From Candidatus Latescibacterota bacterium (GTDB lineage Bacteria > Latescibacterota > UBA2968 > SICM01), in assembly GCA_965217865.1 (NCBI GenBank), contig CBDCJO010000002.1:704001-768000 (forward strand): a stretch of DNA of 64,000 bases. Direction: 5' to 3'. Below are positions 1 to 10,330 of the stretch, one piece after another. The notes below the pieces were generated by a model. It made no database searches. It saw nothing but the letters and a program-made list of their open reading frames with translations, and had not been told where the DNA came from. Numbering within the stretch: position 1 is the first letter of the stretch; each line of letters opens with the position of its first letter. The position numbers and the translations under genes are program-made.

Positions 1-1162
1 CGTTATAAACACCCGTAATCATACAAACCAATGCGGTCATCAGACAGATGACGATCGTGTCAATAAAGGGGCCGATCATCGCGACCATACCTTCGCGCGC
101 GGCCTCATTGGTCTTTGCCGCCGAATGCGCAAATGCAGCGGACCCGAGGCCGGCCTCGTTCGAGAAAGCCGCTCGCTTCACCCCCGTGACCAGAATTCCG
201 ATGAAACCGCCATAAACCGCGGGTCCCGTGAAGGCTTCACGGACGATCGTTGCGATTATCTCCGGGACATCGGAAAGATGGGAAAGGATGATCAGGATCG
301 CCGTGATCACGTAGGTGAGGCACATAAACGGAACGATACGGGACGTGACCCGGCCAATCCGGCGGATACCGCCGATGATCACGATGCCAACCATGACCGA
401 GAAGCAGAGACCAAGCACCCAGTTGTAGGTCCTGAAGTCCTCGGAGATGGTGCTGAAGATCTCCACCGTCTGGTTGGCCTGGAACATGTTCCCTCCCCCC
501 AGGGAACCCCCGATGGTGAGGAGAGCGAAGAGGACGGCCAGTGTGCGGCCGAGCGGCCGCAGCCCCTTTTCCCGGAGCCCCTGCTCCAGATAGTACATCG
601 GACCTCCGGATATATGGCCGTCCGGGTGAACCTTGCGGTACATGACAGCCAGCGTGCAGGAAGCGAGTTTTGAAGACATCCCGAACAGGGCGGTGAGGAT
701 CATCCAGAAGACCGCGCCGGGCCCCCCCAGACCCACGGCGATGGCCACACCTGCGATGTTGCCCAGGCCGATCGTTGCGGAAAGCGCGCTGGTGAGGGCC
801 TGAAAATGGGAGATCTCACCCGGGTCCTTGGGGTCGTCATAGCGCCCCCGGATCACCTGGATGGAGTGCCGAAATCCCCGGATCGACATCCATCCGAAGA
901 AGAAGGAGAAGTAGACCCCGCCCGCCACTAGGACTACAACGATCAGCGGGACACCCGTCCCGAAATCAGCAAAAAGGATGTCCGCCATAAAACTGACCGT
1001 GTGCCCGAGATGCTCGTTCAGGTTCAGGATCAGATGCTCCATCCAGCCCGGGGACCCGGTCTCCCGGGCGTCCTCCTGTGAAAGGAGGGAGATGGGAAAG
1101 ACGCACAACAGGAACAGTGCGAAAAGCAGATGGGCGACGAGAAACCGGGTGTATCGGCGCAT
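1..1162 (-). CDS. Alanine/glycine:cation symporter (AgcS/AlsT family), 3' end outside window
   Basis: Not in ORF track. Manual translation from ATG at 1162 (GGAGG upstream) gives GEISHFQALTSALSATIGLGNIAGVAIAVGLGGPGAVFWM, a family signature. Confidence 0.93.
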   Translation of the reverse strand, partial: MRRYTRFLVAHLLFALFLLCVFPISLLSQEDARETGSPGWMEHLILNLNEHLGHTVSFMADILFADFGTGVPLIVVVLVAGGVYFSFFFGWMSIRGFRHSIQVIRGRYDDPKDPGEISHFQALTSALSATIGLGNIAGVAIAVGLGGPGAVFWMILTALFGMSSKLASCTLAVMYRKVHPDGHISGGPMYYLEQGLREKGLRPLGRTLAVLFALLTIGGSLGGGNMFQANQTVEIFSTISEDFRTYNWVLGLCFSVMVGIVIIGGIRRIGRVTSRIVPFMCLTYVITAILIILSHLSDVPEIIATIVREAFTGPAVYGGFIGILVTGVKRAAFSNEAGLGSAAFAHSAAKTNEAAREGMVAMIGPFIDTIVICLMTALVCMITGVYN

Positions 1163-1300
1163 ATCTCCAATCCCTCCAAATTAGAATTGGGAATTATGGT
1201 TCTTCACGGTTTGTATGGCCCTTCTGTTGCGCGGGATGTCCGGTGTTTGCTCGTCGGACATCCGTTCGATACTGGCGGCGATGGTTGAGTGCGTCCTCGA

Positions 1301-1636
1301 CCTTATCGAACGTCCCATCAAATTCGGATGCGGGCGGATCGTTTGCTGGGTCCCGAAGTCGCCGATGTCGATGGCAACGTCGAGGATCGGCGGGGAACGG
1401 TCTCGGCATTCAATGGACAGCCTCCGGCAATACACCTCTTCGAGACCGAGAAGGAAGAAATTAAGGCTGTCGGAACATGGTTGCAGGAACGCCGAGAGGA
1501 AGGTATGGGTGCTCGTGAGATTGGGATATTCGTGCGCTCGGCCAAGGAACTGGACCGAGCGCGCGAGGCGGTACGCGACGCCGGGTACCCTTTCCAGGTT
1601 TTGGATGAACGTGGTGAGACGGGCGCTGGCCTCTGA
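1301..1636 (+). pseudogene. Internal fragment of a UvrD/Rep-like helicase
   Basis: YRTSHQIRMRADRLLGPEVADVDGN...EIGIFVRS resembles the UvrD C-terminal region. Walker A and the downstream TMHxAKGLEF motif are absent. Confidence 0.7.
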
Positions 1637-1653
1637 TAGTTCTTAGTGGGTTT

Positions 1654-2617
1654 TCAACGCTTACGAGATGGATTGATTTTTCTCTCCTCCTTCTCGCGCC
1701 GGGTAAGCCTTAGGGGAAGTTTCCCTGACTTCTTCGCGTTCACGAAGACAGGGTTCATCCAAAGGATTTCTGTTCGCGAATAATCCTTGCCTGTGGTGTC
1801 CCGTGTGGTAGTTTCGATCTTCGTCTTTTTCCATCCTTGCTTGGATGTAAGTAGCTCGTCGTATAGCTTGTTCTGGTACCCACTGATCAGCAGCATGCAT
1901 CGGGCCTTGAGGCACTTCTTCAGGAGCTTCTGATGGGAATTCTTCTTCGCGCGCATCAATGATGTAACCGTGCCATCTCTTTGTAAAGTAGGGCGGATCG
2001 AGATACATAAGTGTGGCTGGCCTATCCCCAAACATGTCCACCAACTCCCGAGCATCACGGTTTTCTACCCTAATCCCACGTAGTCTTTCGACCACCTTCT
2101 CAAGTCTGTCTGGTAGATTGCACCATCGGTTGACCCTTGCTTCGCGTCCCCCTCGAGCGTAGGACTGAGAATAAGACCAACCAGATCGTGTACCCATAGT
2201 TCCATTCACTGTCATCATTGTAGCCACTAAGAACCTTCGAGCTTGTTCGAGCGGGTCTATATCCGCCAGTTCTTCTTTCGTTACATGATCGCGGGCAAGC
2301 AGGAATTCCTCTCGAGCGTAAGGCGTGAGCTCTACAGCTCGGCAAAGAGCCTCAGCATTGTCCCTTAATTGAGAAAACAGGTTCACTATCTGCTTGTCTC
2401 TGTCGTTAATCACTTCGATAGGCACGGATTTCTTGCACAGAGTCAAGGCGGCAGATCCGCAGAATCCTTCAACCCAGGCGTTATGAGGGGGAAGAGTCTT
2501 GATTATTTTCTGGGCAATCGTCTGCTTGGCGCCGTAGTATCCAAACGGTGCGCGCGTAGGCTTGGCTTTAAGTGATTGCTCGTCGTGAGTCGGAGTCACA
2601 TATTCCCTACGCGACAT
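1654..2617 (-). CDS. Dam-like (D12 class) DNA adenine methyltransferase, one +1 frameshift at ~1936
   Basis: PFGYYGAK, VEGFCGSAA, EVIND and YLDPPY motifs. C-terminus (LLISGY...RTEILWMN) continues in ORF 1654..2058 if one base of the GGG run at 1935-1937 is removed. Confidence 0.88.
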
Positions 2618-3591
2618 CGCCGTGACCTCTGTCAAAACGCGGACATCTGCTGCACTGCTGCACCTCTGGTTCCACTTCCCATGTGTCGGGTTCACCAAGC
2701 ACTTTGTTGGCCGGATTCTGAATTATTGTTAGTTCGTTCATGATAAACTGGCCATCTCTTCTCATTTGGTAGAAGATACAGATAGTACCACTCCCCTAAT
2801 CTTCGTGATGTAAGAACCTCGTTGCGAGTCCAGTAGAAACGCAGGGAGATCCGGGGAACTGCCTTTACTTCTATGTACCTCGGCGTGAGTGTTCCTGACT
2901 GCTCAAGCGTCACACTCTTTATGTCATAGCCTGCCGCAGTATCCACAATTGCGATATGCTGTACCTCCCGTTGATGCTCTTCGCCAACACATTCCCGTTC
3001 ATATTCCAGAATCAGTTCTTCAGCAGCAGTTCCTAATGACTCTTTATCGGCCTGCATTGCAGCTCTCGAAGACGGTGAACACATCCCCCTTCCGCTGTCT
3101 TGTGCCTCGACATAGAGGCCGATGTGTCCTGGCGTTACGTAGTAGTAGTCACCTTCCACATTGTGGCTAACAACACCAAGTTCGATAAGGAAGTTCCGGA
3201 CGTTGCTCTCATAGTGCCGAGTAGAGAACTCTGGATGGTACCTTGGTTCACCGCCCTCAATATGGAAGTTCTGAAGGTAGAGATATATGCCATTGCGGTA
3301 GACGTTGCCTGAGTTGAACAGGCAGCTCAGAATCCAAGACTGAGTCTCAGCCTCGTCAAGAAAAGATGGTAGGCTGCTCTCTATCGTGTTTGATCCATCT
3401 TCGCTAATGCCAGCGACAGCAGAAAGAAACGTCAATGTTTCTTCGAAGTTCTGAGCTCTCTCAAGGTAAAGTCGCCCAATGTGATCCGCTTTTGTGTACT
3501 CGGCATTTCTCAGCACAGACACCAGCGCCAATACCTGGCTCCATTTGAGTCCTGAGAATGAGTCGTCAGCGTTTGGGGAATAGTCTCTCAT
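2607..3591 (-). CDS. DUF3883 (NOV_C, PD-(D/E)XK-like) putative endonuclease, +1 frameshift at ~2766
   Basis: LGTAAEELILEYE...AGYDIKS...RYIEVKA...FYWTRNE...YYLYL. Removing one base of the TTT run at 2765-2767 extends the frame to a TAG overlapping the methylase start. Confidence 0.8.
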
Positions 3592-4320
3592 AGGCTTGGA
3601 GTTCGTCGTCCTCGCCAAACATATCCAGTGAGTAAATCGCGTACTCTTGATCGATGATATCGTTCATACGTTGGGCTTTTCGTTGGACATTCTGGAGAAT
3701 GTCGGCATCAATCGTGTCCTCATACTGGAGGAAATGGTAATGCGCCGGCTTATCCTCAGATCCCCCGACCCGATGGATTCGATCAAGCGACTGGACGTAC
3801 TGTGCGCAGTTATAGGATAAGTCATAGTAGACCGCGTTCGAGCACGTTTTGTGGAGAGATATGGATTCTGCACAAGCTGCTGGATTCGCGAGCAGTACCT
3901 CGATCCCGCTATCAGAGTTCACAAACTCTCGGATGATTTCGTCCCTGGTGAGTTCCTCGTCAATTCCGGAACGCTCTACTGGAGTGGCACCATAGATGAG
4001 CCTCACGCCTGTCAGCGGCTGGAGCGTATCACGGAGCATCTCCAGTGTTCGCACGAAATTCGACCAAATCACGACTTTTTCTCCGCGCTGGTAAAGATCC
4101 TGTACGAGCTGGACAAGATGTTCTACTTTGCTTGGTGTCTCCAGCTGGTCGTAATGCTTGATGATGTCGCTGAGAGAGATCGAACCTTCCAGCAGATTCT
4201 CATTGTAGTCGGTTACTTCACCTCCCAACAAGGCGGGATAGGAGAGGCATTGGCGCACTCTCATCATGCGTCCCTTCCTCAGACGTATTAGAAGGTCAAT
4301 GTCGCGCATGTAGTCTGCCG
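3566..4320 (-). pseudogene. C-terminal half of a SNF2-family helicase (5' truncated)
   Basis: SKVEHLVQLV...KVVIWSNF...LANPAACAESISLH...YYDLSYNCAQYVQSLDRIHRVG. The ATPase domain is missing; upstream sequence is unrelated. Confidence 0.8.
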
Positions 4321-4745
4321 AGTTGGTCCGAGAAGATCCCGATGCGTTCGCGATGGTCGAGACAGAGCATCCCGATAACCTCCTCGCAGACTTTGAGAGG
4401 GAGACAGAGCAGGGATCGAATATGGTTCTTCCGGACACATTTGCTGGACCTGAACCGCTCATCCTCCAGAATGTCCTGACACAGAATGGCACCCTTCGCT
4501 GGACCACCTCATCCGTCAGATCGCGGCATAATATCATCGTATCCCGAATCGGTTCTCCCCCAGCGTCCCGACCCGTGGCGAGTTTGAACCTGCCCTCCCT
4601 CTCCTCCATGAGATAAACGACACCTCATGTTGCGACCGTTACCTCCAGGGAGATTTCTAGAATCTGATCCAACAGCTCCTTGCAGATCTCTCCTTGAGCT
4701 GATCGTCCCAGAAATCCTGTACAAGGTGCATTCGGACCAGTTCAC
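4321..4745 (-). pseudogene. Degraded GAF-domain signalling protein
   Basis: Across three frames: TLYRISGTISSRRDLQ / ELLDQILEISLEVTVAT*GVVYLMEE... / CQDILEDERFRSSKCVRKNHIRSLLCLPLKVCEEVIGMLCLDHRERIGIFSD. In-frame TGA plus two frameshifts. Confidence 0.65.
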
Positions 4746-4861
4746 GGTCGGACAGATCTTTGGGCTATTACCCAGTCTCCATTAGGGATAACCTTTCCTG
4801 AAACGGGTGAAAGGAAGTTAGATCAAGGTGTGCGGAAACCCATACCCACGCCTATAAGGAA

Positions 4862-4927
4862 GGGGCGCTTTCCCGGATAAGCTCTGACGCAAGCCGGGAA
4901 ATGCATCAGTCCGGACAAAAGCGCCCC
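4862..4927. other. Long imperfect hairpin
   Basis: GGGGCGCTTT pairs with AAAGCGCCCC; inner stems CCGGA/TCCGG and CTGACGCA/TGCATCAG. Confidence 0.6.
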
Positions 4928-5012
4928 CGTAGTCAGGTATCAAGTCCGATAGGCTCAAATGATAGGTCATCAGGGGTGGGAGGGCTTTGACCTGAAGTGA
5001 ATTTCTCGGCGC

Positions 5013-5177
5013 TTAACTCTTCTTTGAGGTCTGGGCGAAGAATGGGGTGATGGCTTGACGAACGCGGGTGCTTTTGCATTTGGGGCACTTCACTCGTTCC
5101 GTCTCGTGTTGAGCTATCGACAAGGTCAAAGTGAACCTTTTCTTGCACGACTGGCATTGATACTCGTAGGTAGACAT
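5013..5177 (-). CDS. FmdB-family zinc-ribbon protein (54 aa)
   Basis: Below the ORF-track cutoff. MSTYEYQCQSCKKRF...VKCPKCKSTRVRQAITPFFAQTSKKS*, with two CxxC pairs and an AAGGA RBS. Confidence 0.88.
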   Translation of the reverse strand: MSTYEYQCQSCKKRFTLTLSIAQHETERVKCPKCKSTRVRQAITPFFAQTSKKS

Positions 5178-5229
5178 GTCCTTTACTTCCTTCCGGTTGC
5201 AATTTGAGAGTCAGCCTGGTCGGAATCCC

Positions 5230-5420
5230 CAGGAATGGACCCTCTTTCTTAACGCGTTCTACCGTCTCACTCACGGCCGCCTTAACGGGTTCTGAGAGTC
5301 CCGTACCGTCCCCAAAGTCTTCCCTTCGATGCCGAATTCGATCAGCCGTCGAGGCAGTTGATCCAAGGCGCGCCGCAGGAATCGGACGAGTGTGGTAGAC
5401 CGTATGTATTGAGCGGAAAG
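5230..5420 (-). pseudogene. 3' remnant of a hydrogenase maturation protease
   Basis: RALDQLPRRLIEFGIEG / DFGDGTGLSEPVKAAVSETVERVKKE matches the HybD/HoxW-type C-terminus; frameshifted. Confidence 0.55.
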
Positions 5421-5424
5421 GATC

Positions 5425-7167
5425 CTATGCGAAGAGCAGGGCCGCGAGCGTCCAACAGATCGCGGCCAACCCGGCGGCCATACTCGCCTGCGGGATTTGC
5501 GTCTTGACGTGATCCATCAGGTCACACCCCGTGGAAATCGAACTCAGAACGGTCGTGTCGGATATCGGAGAACACTGATCGCCGAACACACTTCCGTCCA
5601 TGACCGCTGCAAAGCAAAGCGTCAGGAAGAATTCCGGATGGGCCAGACCGTTCGCTCCGGCAACGGCCCAAGCCAGCGGCATCGCCAGCGGAAACGCGAC
5701 GGCGTAGGTCCCCCAACTCGTCCCGGTCGAAAAAGCGATCACGATCGTCAACGCCTGGAGCATCACGGGCAGCGCCCAGAACGGAATGCGTGCGCTCAAC
5801 AGATCGACGAGATAAGCGCCTCCGCCGGCCTCTTTGCTCACGCCGCCGATTGTGATGGCCAGAAGGAGAATGACCGAGCCGCCGACCACCCCCTTCATCC
5901 CGTCGGTGATCCCGTCGATCAGATCCTTCAAGGCCATCCCGCGGCCCAGGGCCATGAACGCGCACAGAAGGAGCGCACACCCGAAAGCCCATAACACGTT
6001 GGGCGAGCCGAAGGCGACAAACGTTCCGATCGCGATGGCGATCAGCACCACAAGGGGTAAAACGAAGTCGAGCAGATGGGGCCTGTAGTTTTCCGGCACC
6101 TGCACGTCGTGGAGTTCACGGGCCGCCAGGGGAGTCGCCTCGGGCGCGTCCAATCGGCCTGTTTGCCGAGCGCGGTCGATGGCCGCCATCAACCGTTTCC
6201 CGACAAAGAGCGGTTTCTCGATGCTCAGCAGAAACGTCCCCAGCACGGCGAAAATCGCGTAGAAACAGAAAGGCACGCTCTTGAAAAAGAACAGCACACG
6301 ATCGGTCTCCGTCGCCAGGAAACCGACCCCCGCGACGTAGATAAAGGCCTGAACGTAGCCTGGCCACGCGTTGAACGCCAACTGCGAAGCGATCGGAGAG
6401 GCGGTGGAGTCCACGATGTAGGAAAGCTCTTCGTGGCTGACTCTTTGGTCGTCCGCCAGCGGCTTGACCGTTGTTCCGACCAGCACCGTACTGACCGTTC
6501 CTCCCTGGAAAAACACGATCCCCAGCAGCCAAGCGACCAGCTTGGCAGAACGAGGTCCGGTCACGAATCGGCGCGCCATACACTCGGCAAAGGCCTGCGC
6601 AGCGCCCGTCTTCGACCAGATGCCGAGAAGCCCGCCCAGCAGCCAGAGGTACAGAACCAGCACGCTCGCCGCCGCGGTCGTAGAAAGCGACGTTACCAGA
6701 ACGTCACCGGTGATGTCGTAACGTCCTAGCAAGAACGCGCCCGCCACGACGCCCGCCAGAAGGGAGGTCATGGGCTCTTTCGTGATCCAGCACAGGGCAA
6801 TGGCCACGATCGCGGGCAAAAGGGACCAGTAGCCGAAGTGGGATCGCAGGTCCAGCCGATAGTACGCTGCGTCACCTTCAGGCGTGCCCCGCCAGACGAG
6901 TTCCTCCTTGATGCCTGGCGGCGCCGTCAACCGGACCGGATTCAGCTTCGCCTCCGCGTAGGGCACGACGTCAGCCAGATAAGCCCTCTTCTCGCGCTGG
7001 ATGAAGTATACGGCCCCTGTGTCGTCTTGATGCACGTCGAGCAGCGTTTCGTCGACCGACAGGGTAGGCTTCACATTCGACCCGACCCACATCGAGATGG
7101 CCAGCCCCGCGATCAGGATCAGCGGGACTTTCTTCTGCGCGACGAACCGCACGATCGGTGAGCGCAT
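5425..7167 (-). CDS. NhaC-family Na+/H+ antiporter-like transporter
   Basis: SHEELSYIVDSTASP, AFSTGTSWGT and GSVFGDQCSPISDTTVLSS motifs; many TM helices; likely start MRSPIV at 7167. Confidence 0.9.
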   Translation of the reverse strand: MRSPIVRFVAQKKVPLILIAGLAISMWVGSNVKPTLSVDETLLDVHQDDTGAVYFIQREKRAYLADVVPYAEAKLNPVRLTAPPGIKEELVWRGTPEGDAAYYRLDLRSHFGYWSLLPAIVAIALCWITKEPMTSLLAGVVAGAFLLGRYDITGDVLVTSLSTTAAASVLVLYLWLLGGLLGIWSKTGAAQAFAECMARRFVTGPRSAKLVAWLLGIVFFQGGTVSTVLVGTTVKPLADDQRVSHEELSYIVDSTASPIASQLAFNAWPGYVQAFIYVAGVGFLATETDRVLFFFKSVPFCFYAIFAVLGTFLLSIEKPLFVGKRLMAAIDRARQTGRLDAPEATPLAARELHDVQVPENYRPHLLDFVLPLVVLIAIAIGTFVAFGSPNVLWAFGCALLLCAFMALGRGMALKDLIDGITDGMKGVVGGSVILLLAITIGGVSKEAGGGAYLVDLLSARIPFWALPVMLQALTIVIAFSTGTSWGTYAVAFPLAMPLAWAVAGANGLAHPEFFLTLCFAAVMDGSVFGDQCSPISDTTVLSSISTGCDLMDHVKTQIPQASMAAGLAAICWTLAALLFA

Positions 7168-7358
7168 CAAGACGTACCTTTCTTCTGAGGGAACGGTCGG
7201 AATGGAAGCTTTGACACGTACTACGTACTGGCTTAAGTGAGGCTCAAGTGCTCTATGACAAACCGGGATAGCCGGCAGAGAAATCACTCCACGGCACAGT
7301 ATAAAGCAGGTCGTTGGACGGCCGCCCGCTGGCGTGGACTCGCCGCCAGCAAAACCGG

Positions 7359-7990
7359 TCAGAACTGGTACCTCGTGCTGAAACTGATCGCCCAGAATTG
7401 AATGTCATCCGTCACCATGGTGTATAGAACTCGATGGCCTCGGCCAACCCTGGAGTCGTGACTGCGGAGATGATCCCACTCTCGCCCATCCTCGAATTTG
7501 CCGAAATCCGCCCATCGGACTTTAAGCCCCACAGTGAATGGGTCGCTGACCCGATAATCCACACCGGCGAGCACCTGATAGCCAAGCAACGTGTCCGACA
7601 ACTTGGCCTCACCGATGGTGGTCCTGCCAGCAATGGTCTCATTCAGATCACGATCAGTAAATGTTGTGATAAAGCCCGGCTTATCATTCCGTTTGAATCG
7701 ACCGAAGTAATCGAGCGACACATATGCAGATCCCCCTCCAATGCCCAGGTAGGGTGTAAATCGTGAGTCCGAGGCAACGTCATAGTACAGGTTGGCGAAG
7801 ACGTTGTGCGACAATACGTCATCGATCCTGCCTTCCACGATTTCGAGTTCTTGCTCCAACTTGGCAAGGGTGACCTCGTCGCTAACATCTTGCCCGGAAT
7901 CGCGGTCATCGTGGGTTGTGGTTCGATGGAGATATTCCCCCTCGCCCCTCAAGTTCCCCCAGCGATACCCGAGGGCAATCCCCGCCAGCG
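7359..7990 (-). pseudogene. Outer-membrane beta-barrel (Msp2/opacity-like), N-terminus replaced
   Basis: ALGYRWGNLRGEGEY...FANLYYD...FTPYLGIGGG...LGYQVLAGVDY...C-terminal RYQF. No signal peptide; fused in frame to an unrelated fragment. Confidence 0.65.
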
Positions 7991-8174
7991 CGGCAACGAG
8001 ATCCGGCGGCAACTCCGCATCGCCCTCTTCCTCGAGAATCTCGGTGTCGTTGGTCAGAGGAGCGAGCGCCCATTCGACCGTCATGGAAAAACGGCCATCG
8101 GCCTCGAACTGCATAAAGGTCGGAACGGGAACTTCCGCTGCCTGCAGTTTCCACGTGCCGATCAATTCATCGGT

Positions 8175-8471
8175 CTGTGCAATGGGCACCGGTCCAGAAT
8201 ACCGTATGGCTCACCAGCACCGAGCCACGCAAACGATGACGTAACTCTCACGCACTTCGGGCAGAGTGGGACTATTCTTGACGGCATCCTCATCAATGCC
8301 ATGAATGTCGACATTCCACGGATCGAACCAATCCTCTGGATCGATCAAGGTCTGCCACTGGTCTTGGATCTCGCCGTCCTGAACGTGGGCAATACCAATC
8401 TGACAGATACTGGCGCGATTTGCGTTAGCGGTCTCCACGTCAATAGAATTGAATGTCAACACACTTGGCAC
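8175..8471 (-). pseudogene. 5' fragment of a DnaQ-like 3'-5' exonuclease
   Basis: IDVETANANRASICQIG...NVDIHGI...SPTLPEV, then LRGSVLVSHT in a shifted frame; truncated. Confidence 0.75.
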
Positions 8472-8596
8472 TCCCTTGTGAAGTGGTGCAATGCCTGGGG
8501 CAAAGCTTCGCGGAACGCGCTTTCACAGGGCCACCCAGATCAGAGAAGACTTCAGCAATGGGAACCAACCGGTTGACGCTTCCATGGCTTTTCGTC

Positions 8597-8803
8597 CTAG
8601 CCGGCAGCCCGTCCGGTGATGGCCTCGCGCAATCCTTCCAGCAGCCCTTCCAGGTGCGCCATGCGTTCGCGAAGCTCACCCACCTCGCCGCGCAAGTCGT
8701 TGATTTGCGCTTCCAGCCGCGCCTCAGTCCCCCTTAAACTCGTGAGGATCACCCCCGCTAGCGCTACACCCACAGCCAAAATTGCAATCATTTCCCCGCT
8801 CAT
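8597..8803 (-). CDS. Small membrane-anchored coiled-coil protein (68 aa)
   Basis: AGGAGG RBS; MSGEMIAILAVGVALAGVIL TM segment followed by heptads LRERMAHLEGLLEGLREAI. Confidence 0.7.
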   Translation of the reverse strand: MSGEMIAILAVGVALAGVILTSLRGTEARLEAQINDLRGEVGELRERMAHLEGLLEGLREAITGRAAG

Positions 8804-9117
8804 GCTTTCCTCCTGATGCGTTTTTTGATTTCCTGGACAGCAAACAAGGGCAACCTGATACACCAATCTACGGTCGAACCCATCCAAAAATGACCTGCTG
8901 GGAGATAGAAAAGCCATCTCGATTTCCTGTAAGACTCTACATTTCGGTTCTTGCTCTTTCATCCAAGGAAACCTTTATCGACAAGCACCAATTATCCTTA
9001 CGTGTGAAAAGATAGGTTTGGAGGTCCTCAATGTCAAGGGGAAAGGGGCTCATCACCCCGTGGACTTGACCCGGTTTCGTGGATACCTTATTACTTGGCA
9101 GAAAGGAGGATGCTACG

Positions 9118-9432
9118 ATGCCGAGGTCACATTCGCCGTATCCACCGGAGTTCAAGCGGCAGATTGTAGAACTGGTGCGAGCGGGTCGCACGCCCCATGA
9201 GTTGTCCCGTGAGTTCGAGACGTCGGCCCAGGCGATCCGGATCTGGATGCGGCAGGCCGATCTGGATGAGGGCCTCCGCAGTGACGGTCTGATCACCGAG
9301 GAGCGGGAGGAGATCAGACGACTGCGCCGCGAGAATAGGCAGTTGCGACAGGAGCGGGAGATCCTTGCAAAAGCCGCGGCCTGGTTCGCTCGGGAGACCA
9401 ACTCGGTGCCAGGGGAGTCTACGAGTTCGTGA
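9118..9432 (+). CDS. IS3 transposase OrfA (HTH)
   Basis: YPPEFKRQIVELVRAG...EIRRLRRENRQLRQEREILAKAAAWFA. Confidence 0.93.
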   Translation: MPRSHSPYPPEFKRQIVELVRAGRTPHELSREFETSAQAIRIWMRQADLDEGLRSDGLITEEREEIRRLRRENRQLRQEREILAKAAAWFARETNSVPGESTSS

Positions 9433-10289
9433 AAGCCAATCAGGCCTTATATAAAGTAGCCACGATGTGCCGGGTCCTGGAAGTCTCCACCAGTGGGTAC
9501 TACGCGTGGCTCAAGCGGCCGCTGTCGGCACGAGCGCAGGCCGATGTGGCTCTGACGGAACGGATCGTGAAGATTCACAAGTGTTCTGACGGCACCTGTG
9601 GTGTCCCGCGCATATACGAGGAGCTTGTAGCCGAGGGGGAGCGGATCGGTCGCAAGCGCGTTGCGCGGTTGATGCGTGCTGCAGGCCTGGAGGGCGTAAG
9701 TCGTCGCAAACGGCATCGAACCACCTACCGTGATCGCGATGGGCGCGTCGCTGCTGACCTGGTCAATCGAGATTTCACGGCTAACGGGCCAGACCAGCTC
9801 TGGGTAGCCGACATCACTTACATCAGTACGTGGGCCGGCTTCCTGTATCTCGCGGTCGTTGTGGACGCCTGGAGCCGCCGCGTCGTTGGCTGGGCGATGG
9901 CGACCCATCTGCGCGGCGAGCTGGTGACCGAGGCGTTGAATATGGCGCTCTGGCAACGACAGCCGGAAGCCGTCATCCATCACTCCGACCAGGGATGTCA
10001 GTACACCTCCATTGCCTTCGGTCTACGGTGCCGCAAGGCCGGTGTCCGGCCCTCTATGGGCTCCACCGGTGACTGCTACGACAACGCGTTATGCGAGAGC
10101 TTCTTCGCCACGCTCGAATGCGAACGCCTGGATCGCCGAAACTACCGCACACAGGCCGAAGCCCGGATGTCCGTATTTCAATACATCGAGGGCTGGTACA
10201 ACTCCCATCGGCGACACTCAGCACTCGGATATCTCTCTCCAATGAACTTTGAGCAGACCTCCAGCGCTGTTGCCCATGAAGCCGAATGA
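9429..10289 (+). CDS. IS3 transposase OrfB (DDE integrase core)
   Basis: WVADITY, HHSDQGCQY, DNALCESFF; GTGA overlap with orfA. Confidence 0.95.
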   Translation: MKANQALYKVATMCRVLEVSTSGYYAWLKRPLSARAQADVALTERIVKIHKCSDGTCGVPRIYEELVAEGERIGRKRVARLMRAAGLEGVSRRKRHRTTYRDRDGRVAADLVNRDFTANGPDQLWVADITYISTWAGFLYLAVVVDAWSRRVVGWAMATHLRGELVTEALNMALWQRQPEAVIHHSDQGCQYTSIAFGLRCRKAGVRPSMGSTGDCYDNALCESFFATLECERLDRRNYRTQAEARMSVFQYIEGWYNSHRRHSALGYLSPMNFEQTSSAVAHEAE

Positions 10290-10330
10290 ATCGCAACTGA
10301 TAAACCGTCCGCTAAACCGGGGTAACTCCA

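Larger units (their letters stand above)
9061..10330 (+). mobile_element. IS3-family insertion sequence, complete
   Basis: TG...CA ends. Imperfect IRs TGGACTTGACCCGGTTTCGTGGA versus reverse complement TGGAGTTACCCCGGTTTAGCGGA; contains orfA and orfB. Confidence 0.93.

Noticed and set aside
125-673. 182-aa plus-strand ORF
   Set aside because: Antisense to the AgcS-family symporter.
4862-4927. SRP RNA or tRNA
   Set aside because: Lacks the SRP helix-8 motif and the tRNA cloverleaf/T-loop.
4933-5274. 113-aa ORF as a real gene
   Set aside because: Read-through from the protease remnant across the FmdB gene in the wrong frame.
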